Below are positions 1 through 15,400 of a stretch of DNA of 64,000 nucleotides, in pieces (positions within the stretch are counted from its first letter, which is position 1; every line of letters begins with the position of its first letter). Below the pieces are notes generated by a model. That model did no database searches and had not been told where the DNA came from. It saw only the letters and a list, made by a program, of their open reading frames with translations. The DNA lies in NCBI GenBank assembly GCA_964016885.1, contig OZ024762.1, positions 15,066,001-15,130,000 of the forward strand, written 5' to 3'. This stretch comes from Eledone cirrhosa. Lineage: Eukaryota. The translations under genes were made by a program, and so were the position numbers.

Positions 1-710
1 ACAAATACAAACGTCGTTAAGTTTTCTATTAAAAAAAAAAGAGAGAAAACAAAAAGAGCTTCAAATATGCATCATCATCATCATGACCATTTAATGTCTA
101 TTTTCCATGCTTGCATGAGTCAGACGTGTAGTCCACACCGAGAGACAAGTCCGGCCAGAATTGACCACGCCATACCATGCTCCGATAGGACTGTAAATTT
201 GGCCATGGTGTTTGCAGCTGGATGCCCTTCCTAACACCAACCACATTTATAGTGTGGAACTGGATGACACCATTATGAGGAGGGGCAGGCCAATTGGTCT
301 CGCTAAATCCTTGTCACAGTGGAACCATAGTTTGGGAGCCTGGAACTGGATGGCATCACTATCGTTAAGGTTGTGAGTTCAGTTCCCAGCGTCACGCTGT
401 GTCCTTCAGCAAGACACTTTATTTCATGTTGCTCCAGTCCACTCAGCTGGCAAATATGAGTTGTACCTGTAATTTGAAGGGCCAGGCATTGTCACATTCT
501 GTGTCACGCCGAATCTCCTTGAAAATAACGATACGGGTTCACAGGTTTGTGGAATGTTCAGCCACTTGCACGTTAATTTCACGAGCAAGCTGTTCCATTG
601 ATTGAATCAACTGGAAAATTCGTCATCATAACCAACAGAGTGCCTTCTAGTAGTAGTAGTAGTAGTAGTAGTAGTAATACCACTTGTAAAATATTCAATT
701 TATTTTTCAG

Positions 711-928
711 GCAAGCCATTTTGCAGGAATGTTGAAGATAACATTGACAATGATGATGATGATGGTGATGATGATGATGACGAAGAAGAAGATAATGTGG
801 AAAGATTTCAAATTAGATGTGTTGATTATGATGAGGACAGCTACAATACCATGTTGGAGCAGTCGACATCAAATGATGCCTCCTCATTATACTCCGGAAA
901 TATCCAAGAAAGAGATCCATCATCGGAG
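711..928 (+). CDS. SNAPC4: SNAPC4 exon (acidic N-terminal region)
   Basis: tttttcag acceptor, gtgagt donor; [17 protein letters not shown]...DPSSE; phase fits the next exon. Confidence 0.75.
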
Positions 929-3900
929 GTGAGTAATATCCTAGTATTTTAACCTTTTTCACACCACCGTGTCCGAAATTACCCCTGATTCTATGATTTT
1001 AAAAAATGTTCGTTTTAAAGAGTGTTCATATCTAGATTGAAATGTTAGCCATAAAAATAATTGCTTCTACTTTTGGCACAAGGCCAGCAATTACCCAGTA
1101 CATTACTGGTACTTTATTTTATCGACCCTGTAAGGATGAAAGGCAAAGTTAACCTCGGTGGAATTTGAACTCAGAATGGCAAGGGCCGTAACTCCATACG
1201 TCAAAGCATGGCGTCCGACCCTCTAACCATAAAAATAATGCTGCCTTACAAAGAAACTTATAAGATGCAGCCTTGTAGGAGGCCAGCTAAACTTACATAG
1301 ACGTGAGCTGTAATAACAGCAATACAATAGGGACCGGGGTCCCTATTAAGTTTTTACTTCTATGTTGTCCTAGGAGTAGAACCCAGGATACCCAGGAGTA
1401 GACCCCCCCAAGCAAGATGGTTAGATAACATCCATGATCTTGACTGGTCTCACTTGGGGATCCAACCGGACCAGTTGGAGATAGTTGCTTCTGACTTGAC
1501 CCTTCTGGAAGGAGTTTTTGAGGACTCTACCCTCACAGCCCACTCAGGAATAAGTGGGCGAAGAAGAAGTAGTTTTATAAGTCTTTGATAGTTAAGATCT
1601 ATTTTATAAGGAGTCTTATCAGTCTTTGATAGTTAAGATCTATTTTATAAGGAGTCTTATCAGTCTTTGATAGTTAAGATCTATTTTATAAGGAGTCTTA
1701 TCAGTCTCTGATAGTTAAGATCTATTTTATAAGGAGTCTTATCAGTCTTTGATAGTTAAAATCTATTTTATAAGGAGTCTTATCAGTCTTTGATAGTTAA
1801 GATCTATTTTATAAGGAGTCTTATCAGTCTTTGATAGTTAAGATCTATTTTATAAGGAGTCTTATCAGTCTTTGATAGTTAAAATCTATTTTATAAGGAG
1901 TCACATGAGTCTTTGATAGTTAAGATCTATTTTATAAGGAGTCTTATCAGTCTCTGATAGTTAAGATCTATTTTATAAGGAGTCACATGAGTCTTTTATA
2001 GTTAAGATCTATTTTATAAGGAGTCTTATCAGTCTCTGATAGTTAAGATCTATTTTATAAGGAGTCACATGAGTCTTTGATAGTTAAGATCTATTTTATA
2101 AGGAGTCTTATCAGTCTCTGATAGTTAAGATCTATTTTATAAGGAGTCTTATCAGTCTTTGATAGTTAAGATCTATTTTATAAGGAGTCTTATCAGTCTC
2201 TGATAGTTAAGATCTATTTTATAAGGAGTCTTATAAGTCTTTGATAGTTAAGATCTATTTTATAAGGAGTCTTATCAGTCTTTGATAGTTAAGATCTATT
2301 TTATAAGGAGTCTTATCAGTCTCTGATAGTTAAGATCTATTTTATAAGGAGTCTTATCAGTCTTTGATAGTTAAGATCTATTTTATAAGGAGTCTTATCA
2401 GTCTCTGATAGTTAAGATCTATTTTATAAGGAGTCTTATCAGTCTTTGATAGTTAAGATCTATTTTATAAGGAGTCTTATCAGTCTCTGATAGTTAAGAT
2501 CTATTTTATAAGGAGTCTTATCAGTCTTTGATAGTTAAGATCTATTTTATAAGGAGTCTTATCAGTCTTTGATAGTTAAGATCTATTTTATAAGGAGTCT
2601 TATCAGTCTCTGATAGTTAAGATCTATTTTATAAGGAGTCTTATCAGTCTCTGATAGTTAAGATCTATTTTATAAGGAGTCTTATCAGTCTTTGATAGTT
2701 AAGATCTATTTTATAAGGAGTCTTATCAGTCTCTGATAGTTAAGATCTATTTTATAAGGAGTCTTATCAGTCTCTGATAGTTAAGATCTATTTTATAAGG
2801 AGTCTTATCAGTCTCTGATAGTTAAGATCTATTTTATAAGGAGTCTTATCAGTCTTTGATAGTTAAGATCTATTTTATAAGGAGTCTTATCAGTCTCTGA
2901 TAGTTAAGATCTATTTTATAAGGAGTCTTATCAGTCTTTGATAGTTAAGATCTATTTTATAAGGAGTCTTATCAGTCTTTGATAGTTAAGATCTATTTTA
3001 TAAGGAGTCTTATCAGTCTCTGATAGTTAAGATCTATTTTATAAGGAGTCTTATCAGTCTTTGATAGTTAAGATCTATTTTATAAGGAGTCTTATCAGTC
3101 TCTGATAGTTAAGATCTATTTTATAAGGAGTCTTATCAGTCTTTGATAGTTAAGATCTATTTTATAAGGAGTCTTATCAGTCTTTGATAGTTAAGATCTA
3201 TTTTATAAGGAGTCTTATCAGTCTCTGATAGTTAAGATCTATTTTATAAGGAGTCTTATCAGTCTCTGATAGTTAAGATCTATTTTATAAGGAGTCTTAT
3301 CAGTCTCTGATAGTTAAGATCTATTTTATAAGGAGTCTTATCAGTCTCTGATAGTTAAGATCTATTTTATAAGGAGTCTTATCAGTCTCTGATAGTTAAG
3401 ATCTATTTTATAAGGAGTCTTATCAGTCTCTGATAGTTAAGATCTATTTTATAAGGAGTCTTATCAGTCTCTGATAGTTAAGATCTATTTTATAAGGAGT
3501 CTTTTTATCTTTCCTTTCAGAACTCGTTCAGTATTGGAGATTTGGCAAATTCTTCGGAAAGCATGCTCTGTCATAATTTTCAAAACTTTGATGATGAACT
3601 TTCTAAACTTTTGTCAACTGGAGGTGAAGGTGGCAGCAGTAGTAGTTCAAACAAGGCCTTGGTTAACGCCAAGACCTGTTTGTTCCTCAACAATATTTAC
3701 CAAGCTGTCCTCCAAGAGAATATCTTGAAACTTCGCATGGAATTGGTTCAAAACCAGGAGAAACAGGTATGAGAGAGAGGGTGGTGGGGTGTTGGACCTG
3801 TAGAAGACATGGAGTTGGTCCAGAGTCTGGAGAGAGAAAGCGATGGGGGTGGGGGAATTATGAAGACATGGAGTTGGTCTAGAGCAGGGGCGTGCAACAG

Positions 3901-6900
3901 GCAGCCTGCGTACCACAATCTGGCCCACCAGACCAGCCAGAGTGGCCTGCAATGACCATTTTTAATTTTTACCTTGTAGGCCTATTTAGAATTTTTTTTG
4001 TTACCGTAATACAATTTTCTGTTAGTTGACCTATACTAAAGGGCTTCACTGATAGGGTTATGTGTTATAATTTCCCAGTTGACCTATACTAAAGGGCTTC
4101 ACTGATAGGTTTGTGTGTTATAATTTCCCAGTTGACCTATACTAAAGGGCTTCACTGATAGGGTTATGTGTGTTATAATTTCCCAGTTGACCTATACTAA
4201 AGGGCTTCACTGATAGGGTTATGTGTGTTATAATTTCCCAGTTGACCTATACTAAAGGGCTTCACTGATAGGGTTATGTATGTTATAATTTCCCAGTTGA
4301 CCTATACTAAAGGGCTTCACTGATAGGTTTGTGTGTTATAATTTCCCAGTTGACCTATACTAAAGGGCTTCACTGATAGGGTTATGTGTGTTATAATTTC
4401 CCAGTTGACCTATACTAAAGGGCTTCACTGATAGGGTTATGTGTGTTATAATTTCCCAGTTGACCTATACTAAAGGGCTTCACTGATAGGGTTATGTATG
4501 TTATAATTTCCCAGTTGACCTATACTAAAGGGCTTCACTGATAGGGTTGTGTGTGTTATAATTTCCCAGTTGACCTATACTAAAGGGCTTCACTGATAGG
4601 GTTGTGTGTGTTATAATTCCCCAGTTGACCTATACTAAAGGGCTTCACTGATAGGGTTATGTGTGTTATAATTTCCCAGTTGACCTATACTAAAGGGCTT
4701 CACTGATAGGGTTGTGTGTGTTATAATTTCCCAGTTGACCTATACTAAAGGGCTTCACTGATAGGGTTATGTGTGTGTTATAATTTCCCAGTTGACCTAT
4801 ACTAAAGGGCTTCACTGATAGGGTTATGTATGTTATAATTTCCCAGTTGACCTATACTAAAGGGCTTCACTGATAGGGTTATGTATGTTATAATTTCCCA
4901 GTTGACCTATACTATAAAGGGCTTCACTGATAGGGTTATATGTTATAATTTCCCAGTTGACCTATACTAAAGGGCTTCACTGATAGGGTTGTGTGTGTTA
5001 TAATTTCCTAGTTGATCTATACTAAAGGGCTTCACTGATAGGGTTATGTGTGTGTTATAATTTCCCAGTTGACCTATACTAAAGGGCTTCACTGATAGGG
5101 TTGTGTGTGTTATAATTTCCCAGTTGACCTATACTAAAGGGCTTCACTGATAGGGTTGTGTGTGTTATAATTTCCCAGTTGACCTATACTAAAGGGCTTC
5201 ACTGATAGGGTTATATGTTATAATTTCCCAGTTGACCTATACTAAAGGGCTTCACTGATAGGGTTATATGTTATAATTTCCCAGTTGACCTATACTAAAG
5301 GGCTTCACTGATAGGGTTATGTGTGTGTTATAATTTCCCAGTTGACCTATACTAAAGGGCTTCACTGATAGGGTTATGTGTTATAATTTCCCAGTTAACC
5401 TATACTAAAGGGCTTCACTGATAGGGTTGTGTGTGTTATAATTTCCCAGTTGACCTATACTAAAGGGCTTCACTGATAGGGTTATGTGTTATAATTTCCC
5501 AGTTAACCTATACTAAAGGGCTTCACTGATAGGGTTATGTGTTATAATTTCCCAGTTAACCTATACTAAAGGGCTTCACTGATAGGGTTATATGTTATAA
5601 TTTCCCAGTTGACCTATACTAAAGGGCTTCACTGATAGGGTTGTGTGTGTTATAATTTCCCAGTTGACCTATACTAAAGGGCTTCACTGATAGGGTTATG
5701 TGTGTGTTATAATTTCCCAGTTGACCTATACTAAAGGGCTTCACTGATAGGGTTGTGTGTGTTATAATTTCCCAGTTGACCTATACTAAAGGGCTTCACT
5801 GATAGGGTTATGTGTGTTATAATTTCCCAGTTGACCTATACTAAAGGGCTTCACTGATAGGGTTATGTGTGTTATAATTTCCCAGTTGACCTATACTAAA
5901 GGGCTTCACTGATAGGGTTATGTGTGTTATAATTTCCCAGTTGACCTATACTAAAGGGCTTCACTGATAGGGTTATGTGTGTTATAATTTCCCAGTTGAC
6001 CTATACTAAAGGGCTTCACTGATAGGGTTATGTGTGTTATAATTTCCCAGTTGACCTATACTAAAGGGCTTCACTGATAGGGTTATGTGTGTTATAATTT
6101 CCCAGTTGACCTATACTAAAGGGCTTCACTGATAGGGTTATGTGTGTTATAATTTCCCAGTTGACCTATACTAAAGGGCTTCACTGATAGGGTTATGTGT
6201 GTTATAATTTCCCAGTTGACCTATACTAAAGGGCTTCACTGATAGGGTTATGTGTGTTATAATTTCCCAGTTGACCTATACTAAAGGGCTTCACTGATAG
6301 GGTTATGTGTGTTATAATTTCCCAGTTGACCTATACTAAAGGGCTTCACTGATAGGGTTATGTGTGTTATAATTTCCCAGTTGACCTATACTAAAGGGCT
6401 TCACTGATAGGGTTATGTGTGTTATAATTTCCCAGTTGACCTATACTAAAGGGCTTCACTGATAGGGTTATGTGTGTTATAATTTCCCAGTTGACCTATA
6501 CTAAAGGGCTTCACTGATAGGGTTATGTGTGTTATAATTTCCCAGTTGACCTATACTAAAGGGCTTCACTGATAGGGTTATGTGTGTTATAATTTCCCAG
6601 TTGACCTATACTAAAGGGCTTCACTGATAGGGTTATGTGTGTTATAATTTCCCAGTTGACCTATACTAAAGGGCTTCACTGATAGGGTTATGTGTTATAA
6701 TTTCCCAGTTCCAAGTTATGGAAAGAAGTTGTGGTGAATCTTTGGAATAGTGCTTAATAAATATTAATGACCCCAATAGATGTTCCAATGTTCAAAAGTG
6801 GCCCGCCAATGGAATATGTTGCACACCCCTGGTCTAGAATCTGAAAAAAACAGGTATGAGAGAGAGAAAGAGAGAGAGATGGTGGGGGTGGGGGAGAAGA

Positions 6901-7084
6901 GAAGCTTATAGAAGACATGGCTTTAACTCTTAACATCCTGTAAAGATTTAGCAGAAAATATTAAAAAAATGTGTTTGTTAATTCAAATGTTTATAGTGTA
7001 TTTACTAGTGGACAGATCATTGTGAAAGTCTGCAATATTAAAGTAAAATCTTAAAGTAAATATATATATATATAAATCTTAAAG

Positions 7085-7121
<37 letters not shown>

Positions 7122-7276
7122 CTTAAAGTAAATATATATATATAAATCTTAAAGTAAATATATATATATAAATCTTAAAGTAAATATATATGTAAATATA
7201 TATATATATATATATATATAAATCTTAAAGTAAATATATATATATATAAATCTTAAAGTAAATATCAATCTTAAAG

Positions 7277-7339
<63 letters not shown>

Positions 7340-7600
7340 CTTAAAGTAAATATATATATATATAAATCTTAAAGTATATATAAATCTTAAAGTAAATATA
7401 TATATATATATATAAATCTTAAAGTAAATATATATATATATATATAAATCTTAAAGTAAATATAAATCTTAAAGTAAATATATATATATATATATATCTT
7501 AAAGTAAATATAAATCTTAAAGTAAATATATATATATATATATATATATCTTAAAGTAAATATAAATCTTAAAGTAAATATATATATATAAATCTTAAAG

Positions 7601-7639
<39 letters not shown>

Positions 7640-8670
7640 CTTAAAGTAAATATATATATATATAAATCTTAAAGTATATATAAATCTTAAAGTATATATA
7701 AATCTTAAAGTAAATATATATATATATATATAAATCTTAAAGTATATATAAATCTTAAAGTATATATAAATCTTAAAGTAAATATATATATATATATATA
7801 TAAATATATATATATATCTTAAAGTATATATAAATCTTAAAGTAAATATATATATATATAAATCTTAAAGTAAATATAAATCTTAAAGTAAATATATATA
7901 TATATATATATCTTAAAGTAAATATAAATCTTAAAGTAAATATATATATATATATATATCTTAAAGTATATATAAATCTTAAAGTAAATATATATATATA
8001 AATCTTAAAGTATATATAAATCTTAAAGTAAATATATATATATATATATATATAAATCTTAAAGTAAATATATATATATATATATAAATCTTAAAATAAA
8101 TACATATATATATTTTAAAACCTGACTGAAATTCTATATTTTCTTAATTTTTCTTTAGAAAGCCTTAAAAGAAGAACTGAATAAAACTATTGGAAGCAAA
8201 AAGTTAAGAAAGAACGTCTTTCACCAACCGTATTTCATGAGTCCAGATGGAATGGTAAAACATCACCATCATCATACTTCTACATCTGTTTTCCCATTTT
8301 TGTATGGTTTGGATGGGTCTTTTCAATGTTTCTTAACAGCCCTATCTCTATGTATGTGTGGTGAATGCGTGTATATGTGTGTGTGTCTGCCTATCTCTGT
8401 GTTAGCATATATATATACCGTTGTATATAACTTCCATGTATGTATATATATGTGTGTTAGCATATATATACCGTTGTATATAACTTTCTATGTATATATA
8501 TATATATGTTTGTGTTAGCATATATATACTGTTGTATATAACTTTCTATGTATATATATATATGTGTGTGTTAGCATATATATACGACTGTATATAACTT
8601 TCCATGTATGTGTATATATATATATGTGTGTGTGTTAGCATATATATACGACTGTATATAACTTTCCATG

Positions 8671-8715
<45 letters not shown>

Positions 8716-9378
8716 TAGCATATATATACGACTGTATATAACTTTCTATGTATATATATATATGTTTGTGTTAGCATATATATACTGTTGTATATAACTT
8801 TCTATGTATGTGTATATATATATATGTGTGTGTGTTAGCATATATATACGACTGTATATAACTTTCCATGTATGTATATATATATATATATATGTGTGTG
8901 TGTTAGCACATATATACGACTGTATATAACTTTCCATGTATGTATATATATATATATATGTGTGTGTTAGCATATATATATACTGTTGTATATAACTTTC
9001 CATGTATATATATATATGTTTGTGTTAGCATATATATACTGTTGTATATAACTTTCTATGTATGTATATATATATATATATGTGTGTTAGCATATATATA
9101 TACTGTTGTATATAACTTTCTATGTATGTATATATATATATATGTGTGTGTTAGCATATATATACTGTTGTATATAACTTTCCATGTATGTATATATATA
9201 TATGTGTGTGTTAGCATATATATATACTGTTGTATATAACTTTCCATGTATGTATATATATATATGTTTGTGTTAGCATATATATACCGTTGTATATAAC
9301 TTTCCATGTATGTATATATATGTATATATATGTGTGTTAGCATATATATATACTGTTGTATATAACTTTCCATGTATG

Positions 9379-9409
<31 letters not shown>

Positions 9410-12400
9410 TAGCATATATATATACTGTTGTATATAACTTTCCATGTATGTATATATCATCATCATCATCATCATCAACGTTTAACGTCCGTGTTCCACG
9501 CTTGCATGGGTTTGGACGGGGGTAGTCCCACTTGAGGCAAGAGTGATTGTCTTGCTCGCATAGGACTGTCTGGCAGGTTTTCTACAGTTGGATGCCCTTC
9601 CTAACACCAACCACATTTACAGTGTGGGTCTGGGAGGTTTTTACCGTGTTGCCTACACGGCCACATTACAGCGTGGACTGTGTGTTTTTTTGTCGTGACA
9701 CCTACACGATCTCATTTGTTTCGGCCTCGAAGGCGCGGCACCAACATAACTTTACATAGAACGGGGTGGTGTGGATCGGGTGGGGGTGGGGGTGGTGGGA
9801 CGGGGTGTATTTTGTTAGAGATGCCTACTGGCTGGAGTAGGTTTTACTATATATTTAGGTAAGGCGGGTCTTCTCTGTTACTGAGTACCGCCAAAGGTCT
9901 CGGTCCAGTGACATTGTCTTGGAGAGGTGTAAGTGTGTGATGTCGGAGTTTATCAGCTCGTCCCAGGTTTTTCTAGGTCTGCCTATTCCGTGACTACCGT
10001 CTATCTTTATTGCCCTGCACTTTATTATACAGCTATCGACTTTCATGCGCATCACGTGTCCATACCAACGTAGCCTTCTCTCGAGTAAACAACATCTGAT
10101 CCCTCTTATCTCTAATTTTTTCCTTAGTTCGTTTATGCTTTGCCGTTCACGTATATTACTGTTACACATCCAGCGGAGCATGCAAGCTTCGTTCCTCTCT
10201 AGTCTGCGTATATCCTCTGCACACAATGCCCAGGTCTCACTGCCATGCAGCATTGCTGTTCGTATGCAGGCATCGTACAACCTGCCTTTCATTTTTAGTG
10301 AGAACCCTTTAGCAGCTAATAGTGGTATAAGCTCTCTGAACTTTTTCCAACCAGTTCTGACTCTAGCTACAGTACTTTCAGAGCACCCTCCCCCACTGCT
10401 GATTTTATCGCCCAGGTAACGGAAGCTGTCCACTATTTCTATAGAACCCTCTGCGCAATTGAAAGAGCTAGTAGTTTGTGGGCACTTGCTGCTACTTATT
10501 GCACCAGAGCACCGGCCACATGTAAAATCTATGTTCTTAGTTAGCTTACCTGTGATCCCACTACATCTTTTATGCACCCATACTTTGCATTTAGGACATA
10601 AAATGGAGTTTCTACCTACGCCTTTCCTACACACCGAGCACGACCATTTCCCAGAAGGGACCGCCGCCTTGTTTTCTTTCCTACAAACTAGTACTTTGGT
10701 CTTAGCCAGGTTAATTTTAAGTCCTTTTGACTCTAGGCCGTGCTTCCATGTTTGGAATTTCTTCTCTAGCTCGGCCATTGATTCCGCTATGAGTGTCAGG
10801 TCGTCTGCGTATAGGAGTTCCCATGGGCAGCCTGTCTTGAACTCCTCTGTTATAGCCTGAAGGGCAATAATAAATAGTAGTGGACTGAGAACAGAGCCCT
10901 GATGGACGCCAACTTTTACGCTAAACTCTTCACTATATTCGTTGTTAATTCTAACCTTGCTGACTGTTTCTTTATACATGGCTTGTATAGCCCTCACAAG
11001 CCATTCGTCAACGCCTAGTTTTCTAAGAGCCCACCAGATAATGGAGCGGGGGACTCTGTCGAAGGCTTTCTCCAAGTCGACAAAAGCTAAGTAGAGGGGT
11101 TTACCTTTAGCTAGGTACTTCTCCTGTAGTTGTCGTACTATGAAAAGAGCGTCTGTGGTACTTTTGCCTGACACAAACCCGAACTGCATTTCATCTAGGT
11201 CAATTCTCTCTCTGATGTTTGTGTTAGCATATATATACGACTGTATATAACTTTCCATGTATGTATATATATATATGTTTGTGTTAGCATATATATACGA
11301 CTGTATATAACTTTCTATGTATGTATATATATATATGTGTTTGTTAGCATATATATACTGTTGTATATAATTTTCCATGTATATATATATATGTGTATGT
11401 ATTTGTGTGTGTTAGCATATATATATATACCAGTGTATATAAATCTCCATGTATGTGTATATATGTGTGTGTGTGTGTGTATGTAAAGCACATATATACT
11501 AGCATATATAACTTTCATGTGTGTGTGGTGTATGTGTGCATGTATATGGTGTATGTGTGAGTGCATGTGGTCTGAGTAGTGTATCTGTGTGTGTTGTGTA
11601 TCTCTGTCTTGTAGTATATATGTGTATGTGTGTGGTGTATATGTATGTGGTGTGTTTGTGTATATATATGTGCATGTCTGAGCACATACGTATGTGCGTG
11701 TATATCTGGTGTATCTATGTGTGTGGTGCATCTGTGTATTTGTGGTATATATATATGCGCGTGTACGTGTCCATATATGTGTATGTGGTAACATATAATG
11801 ACCCTTGTTTTCTATTGTAGCCCCCAGAGAATGAACATACCAAACTGTTAAAATCCTGGCACCTTAAACATACTCAAAGGGACAAATATTGTGAGTTTTT
11901 AAGTTTCGTATCTGGTTTATTTTTTAACAAACTTTGTTTTAACCCTGTAGATACCAAACTGCTTGAAACTATTGAATATTGTAGTCCTAGATACACTATG
12001 GTGTAGTGTAGTCCTAGATACACTATGGTGTAATGTAGTCCTAGATACACTATGGTGTAATGTAGTCCTAGATACACTATGGTGTAGTGTAGTCCTAGAT
12101 ACACTATGGTGTAGTGTAGTCCTAGATACACTATGGTGTAATGTAGTCCTAGATACACTATGGTTTACCGTAGTCCTAGATACACTATGGTGTAACGTAG
12201 TCCTAGATACACTATGGTTTACCGTAGTCCTAGATACACTATGGTTTAACGTAGTCCTAGATACACTATGGTTTAACGTAGTCCTAGATACACTATGGTT
12301 TACCGTAGTCCTAGATACACTATGGTTTACCGTAGTCCTAGATACACTATGGTTTAACGTAGTCCTAGATACACTATGGTTTAACGTAGTCCTAGATACA

Positions 12401-15400
12401 CTATGGTTTACCGTAGTCCTAGATACACTATGGTTTAACGTAGTCCTAGATACACTATGGTTTAACGTAGTCCTAGATACACTATGGTTTAACGTAGTCC
12501 TAGATACACTATGGTGTAATGTAGCAGATACTTAATAGTGTGTGTCCCTTATATTTTATATAGGGAAGAAATGGGAGCTGGTATTTAACAGTGTGTGTCC
12601 CCTTTGTTTTCTATAGGGAAGAAATGGGAGCAGGAACTCCTAATCAGTGCTGTTCAGGAAAATGCCTGGGAAGTGATTTTGAAACCCTTCATGAACAAGT
12701 GAGTTAAATCTGTTTTATTTATTCAAGGTAAAAATGGTTGCTACCACTTTGTCATCATATGGATCTCATATCACTACCACATTGTCATCATATGAATCTC
12801 ATATTGCTACAACATTGCTGGCACATTGTCATCATATGGATCTCATATTGCTAATAGATTGCTACCACATTGTCATCATATTGCCATCATATAGATCTCA
12901 TATTGCTTGCACATTACATTGCCACCACATTGCTGTCACATTGCCATCATATTGCTACAGCATTGCCACCACATTGCTACAACATTGCCACCACATTGCT
13001 ACAACATTGCCACCACATTGCTACAACATTGCCACCACATTGCTACAGCATTGCCGCCATATTGCCAAAACATTGGTACAATATTGCCACCACATTGCCC
13101 TCATATTGCCACCACATTGTTACAACATTGCCACCACATTGCTACAACATTGCCATTACATTGCTACCACATTGCTACAACATTGCTACCACATTGCCAC
13201 CATATTGCCCTCATATTGCCACCACATTGTCACCACATTGCTACAATATTGCCACCACATTGCTACAATATTGCCACCATATTGCTACAATATTGCTACC
13301 ACATTGCCACCAGATTGTTCTCATATTGTAAAATGGGTTTGTCTCTCCTGTGGGACAGATTATTGTGAAAATATTTAGTATTATCTCTTAACATTAAATA
13401 GTAATATTTCTGTAATGTTTCTAAATCCAGAATTGAAATCTACACAGACAAACTATTGGCATCGAAAGAAAGTTCTACAAATACCAAACTTCAACAGAAA
13501 CTGGACCAACTAAGAGAAGAAATGGCACAAATTGAGTAAGTAATCTTTTTCTTCTTCTTTGTCCACTTATTCCTGAGAGTGTCGTTATGGGGGGCAGAGT
13601 CCTCAAACACTCCTTCCAGTGGGTCTTGTCAGAATCAACCATATCCAACTGATACAGCTGGATCCCCAAGCGAGACCAGCCAAGCTCATGGATGTTAGCA
13701 GAAAATATCTAAAATCTAAGTTTGTTAATTCAAATATTTATAGCATCTTTAGTGGTGGACAGATTGTTGTGAAAATTTGTAGTATTATCTCTTAGCATTT
13801 TGTAATGATTTAGCAGAAAATATCTAAATTCTAGGTCTGTTAATTCAAATGTTTATGAATATAAAATATCATCGTCATCATCACCGTTTTACGTCCGTTC
13901 TTCCGCGCTAGCATGGGTTAGACGGGTTGTCCTATTGTGGGCAGTGTCCAGTCGGCTGACCTTGTCTTGCTCATACGGGAACTGATTCTGGCTTGATTTC
14001 TACAGCTGGATGCCCTTCCTAACACCAACCTCATTTACAGTGAGTGCTGGGTGCTTTATTCAGTGGCGCCTACACGTCCACTTTACAGTGTGGGCTGGGT
14101 GATTTTTTGCCGTGGCACCTCCACGACCACTTTGCAGTGGGAGGGGGTGAGGGCATATTGTCTATATACTTCAGCTTTGGCTTGTACCCGTGGGAAGTCG
14201 GGTCTTCTATATTACTGCGTGACGCCGGAAGTCACGGTCATGTGTCACCACCTTTGAAAGGTGCAATTGGGTAAGGTCGGCTTTTATCATCTCATCCCAG
14301 ATCTTCTTGGGTCACCCTCTACATTAATTTCTGAATAACCTAATATTTAGTCCCTATTTCACGAAATATCTTCCAGACAAAAGGACATCAGCAGTTTCTT
14401 TATGGATGAAGACTTTGAAGAAAAATTAGACTGGATGAAAATAGCCAATTTAACAGTGAGTGTTTACAATTACAAAGTTGACATTTGAGAAATATAGTCG
14501 CCACAGTGCAGATAATTATAATAATAGTTGATCTAAAATTGTGCGTTTGTTAAGGAGACTTAACTCAACGTCAGTTTAATAACTAGAACCACCATCATCA
14601 AGATTTCACAACTCTAGCATCACTCATTCGTAGTTAGCCTATGCAATGTCCTGACAGCTAACAACTGATGCAGATAGTTTGTTCCATGTTTCAGCAACTC
14701 TGAGCATCAAAAAATGTTTCCGAAAGTCATAGGAATTGTGCTCTTTTCCAATTTTGTAAGCATGTCCATGGATGTTAGACATATCGTATTCAAAAACGTG
14801 CTCAGGGTTGTTGTTGGAAAGATGATTAATAATTTTGTGGATGTCTAACAAGTCAGTTGCCAAGCATCAGGGCTTTAATCTATCCACCCCCAGAGAAGCA
14901 AGGCATTCAGAGTATGGTAGATGCCTGATGGAGGGTATTTTAACAACTCTTAAATTGTTTTATTTCAGTTCTGTGAGAGACACACGGAATTTTCCTGTCG
15001 TTTAATGTGGAAGAATTGGTTACGGCCCGGCATTAACAAGAGACCGTGGACAAAAGATGAGACAGAGCGGCTGAGCAAATTAGTTGAATTACATGGACGC
15101 CATCAGTGGCAAAAAATTGCAAAGGAATTGAACGTAGGTTTATTTTTCTGTCTTAGTTTCTGATGTGGAAGTGCGTGGCCTAGTGGTAAGGGTGTTGGAC
15201 TTACGATCATAATGTTGTGGGGTCGATTCCTGGGCTGGGTTGTGTGTTGTGTTCTGTGGAGGTGTATAGCCTCGTGGTAAGGGTGTTGGACTTACAATTA
15301 TAATGTCAGGAGTTTGATTCCTGGGCTGGGTTGCGTGTTGTGTTCTGTGGAGGTGTATAGCCTCGTGGTAAGGGTGTTGGACTTACAATTATAATGTCAG

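Noticed and set aside
1581-6710. CRISPR-like appearance of the 41-bp and 55-bp arrays (also 18885-20743)
   Set aside because: Units are head-to-tail with no unique spacers, there are no cas genes, and the context is eukaryotic introns.
11963-13378. Repetitive ORFs (VVLDTLW..., HIATTL...)
   Set aside because: Intronic 27-bp and 11-bp minisatellites.
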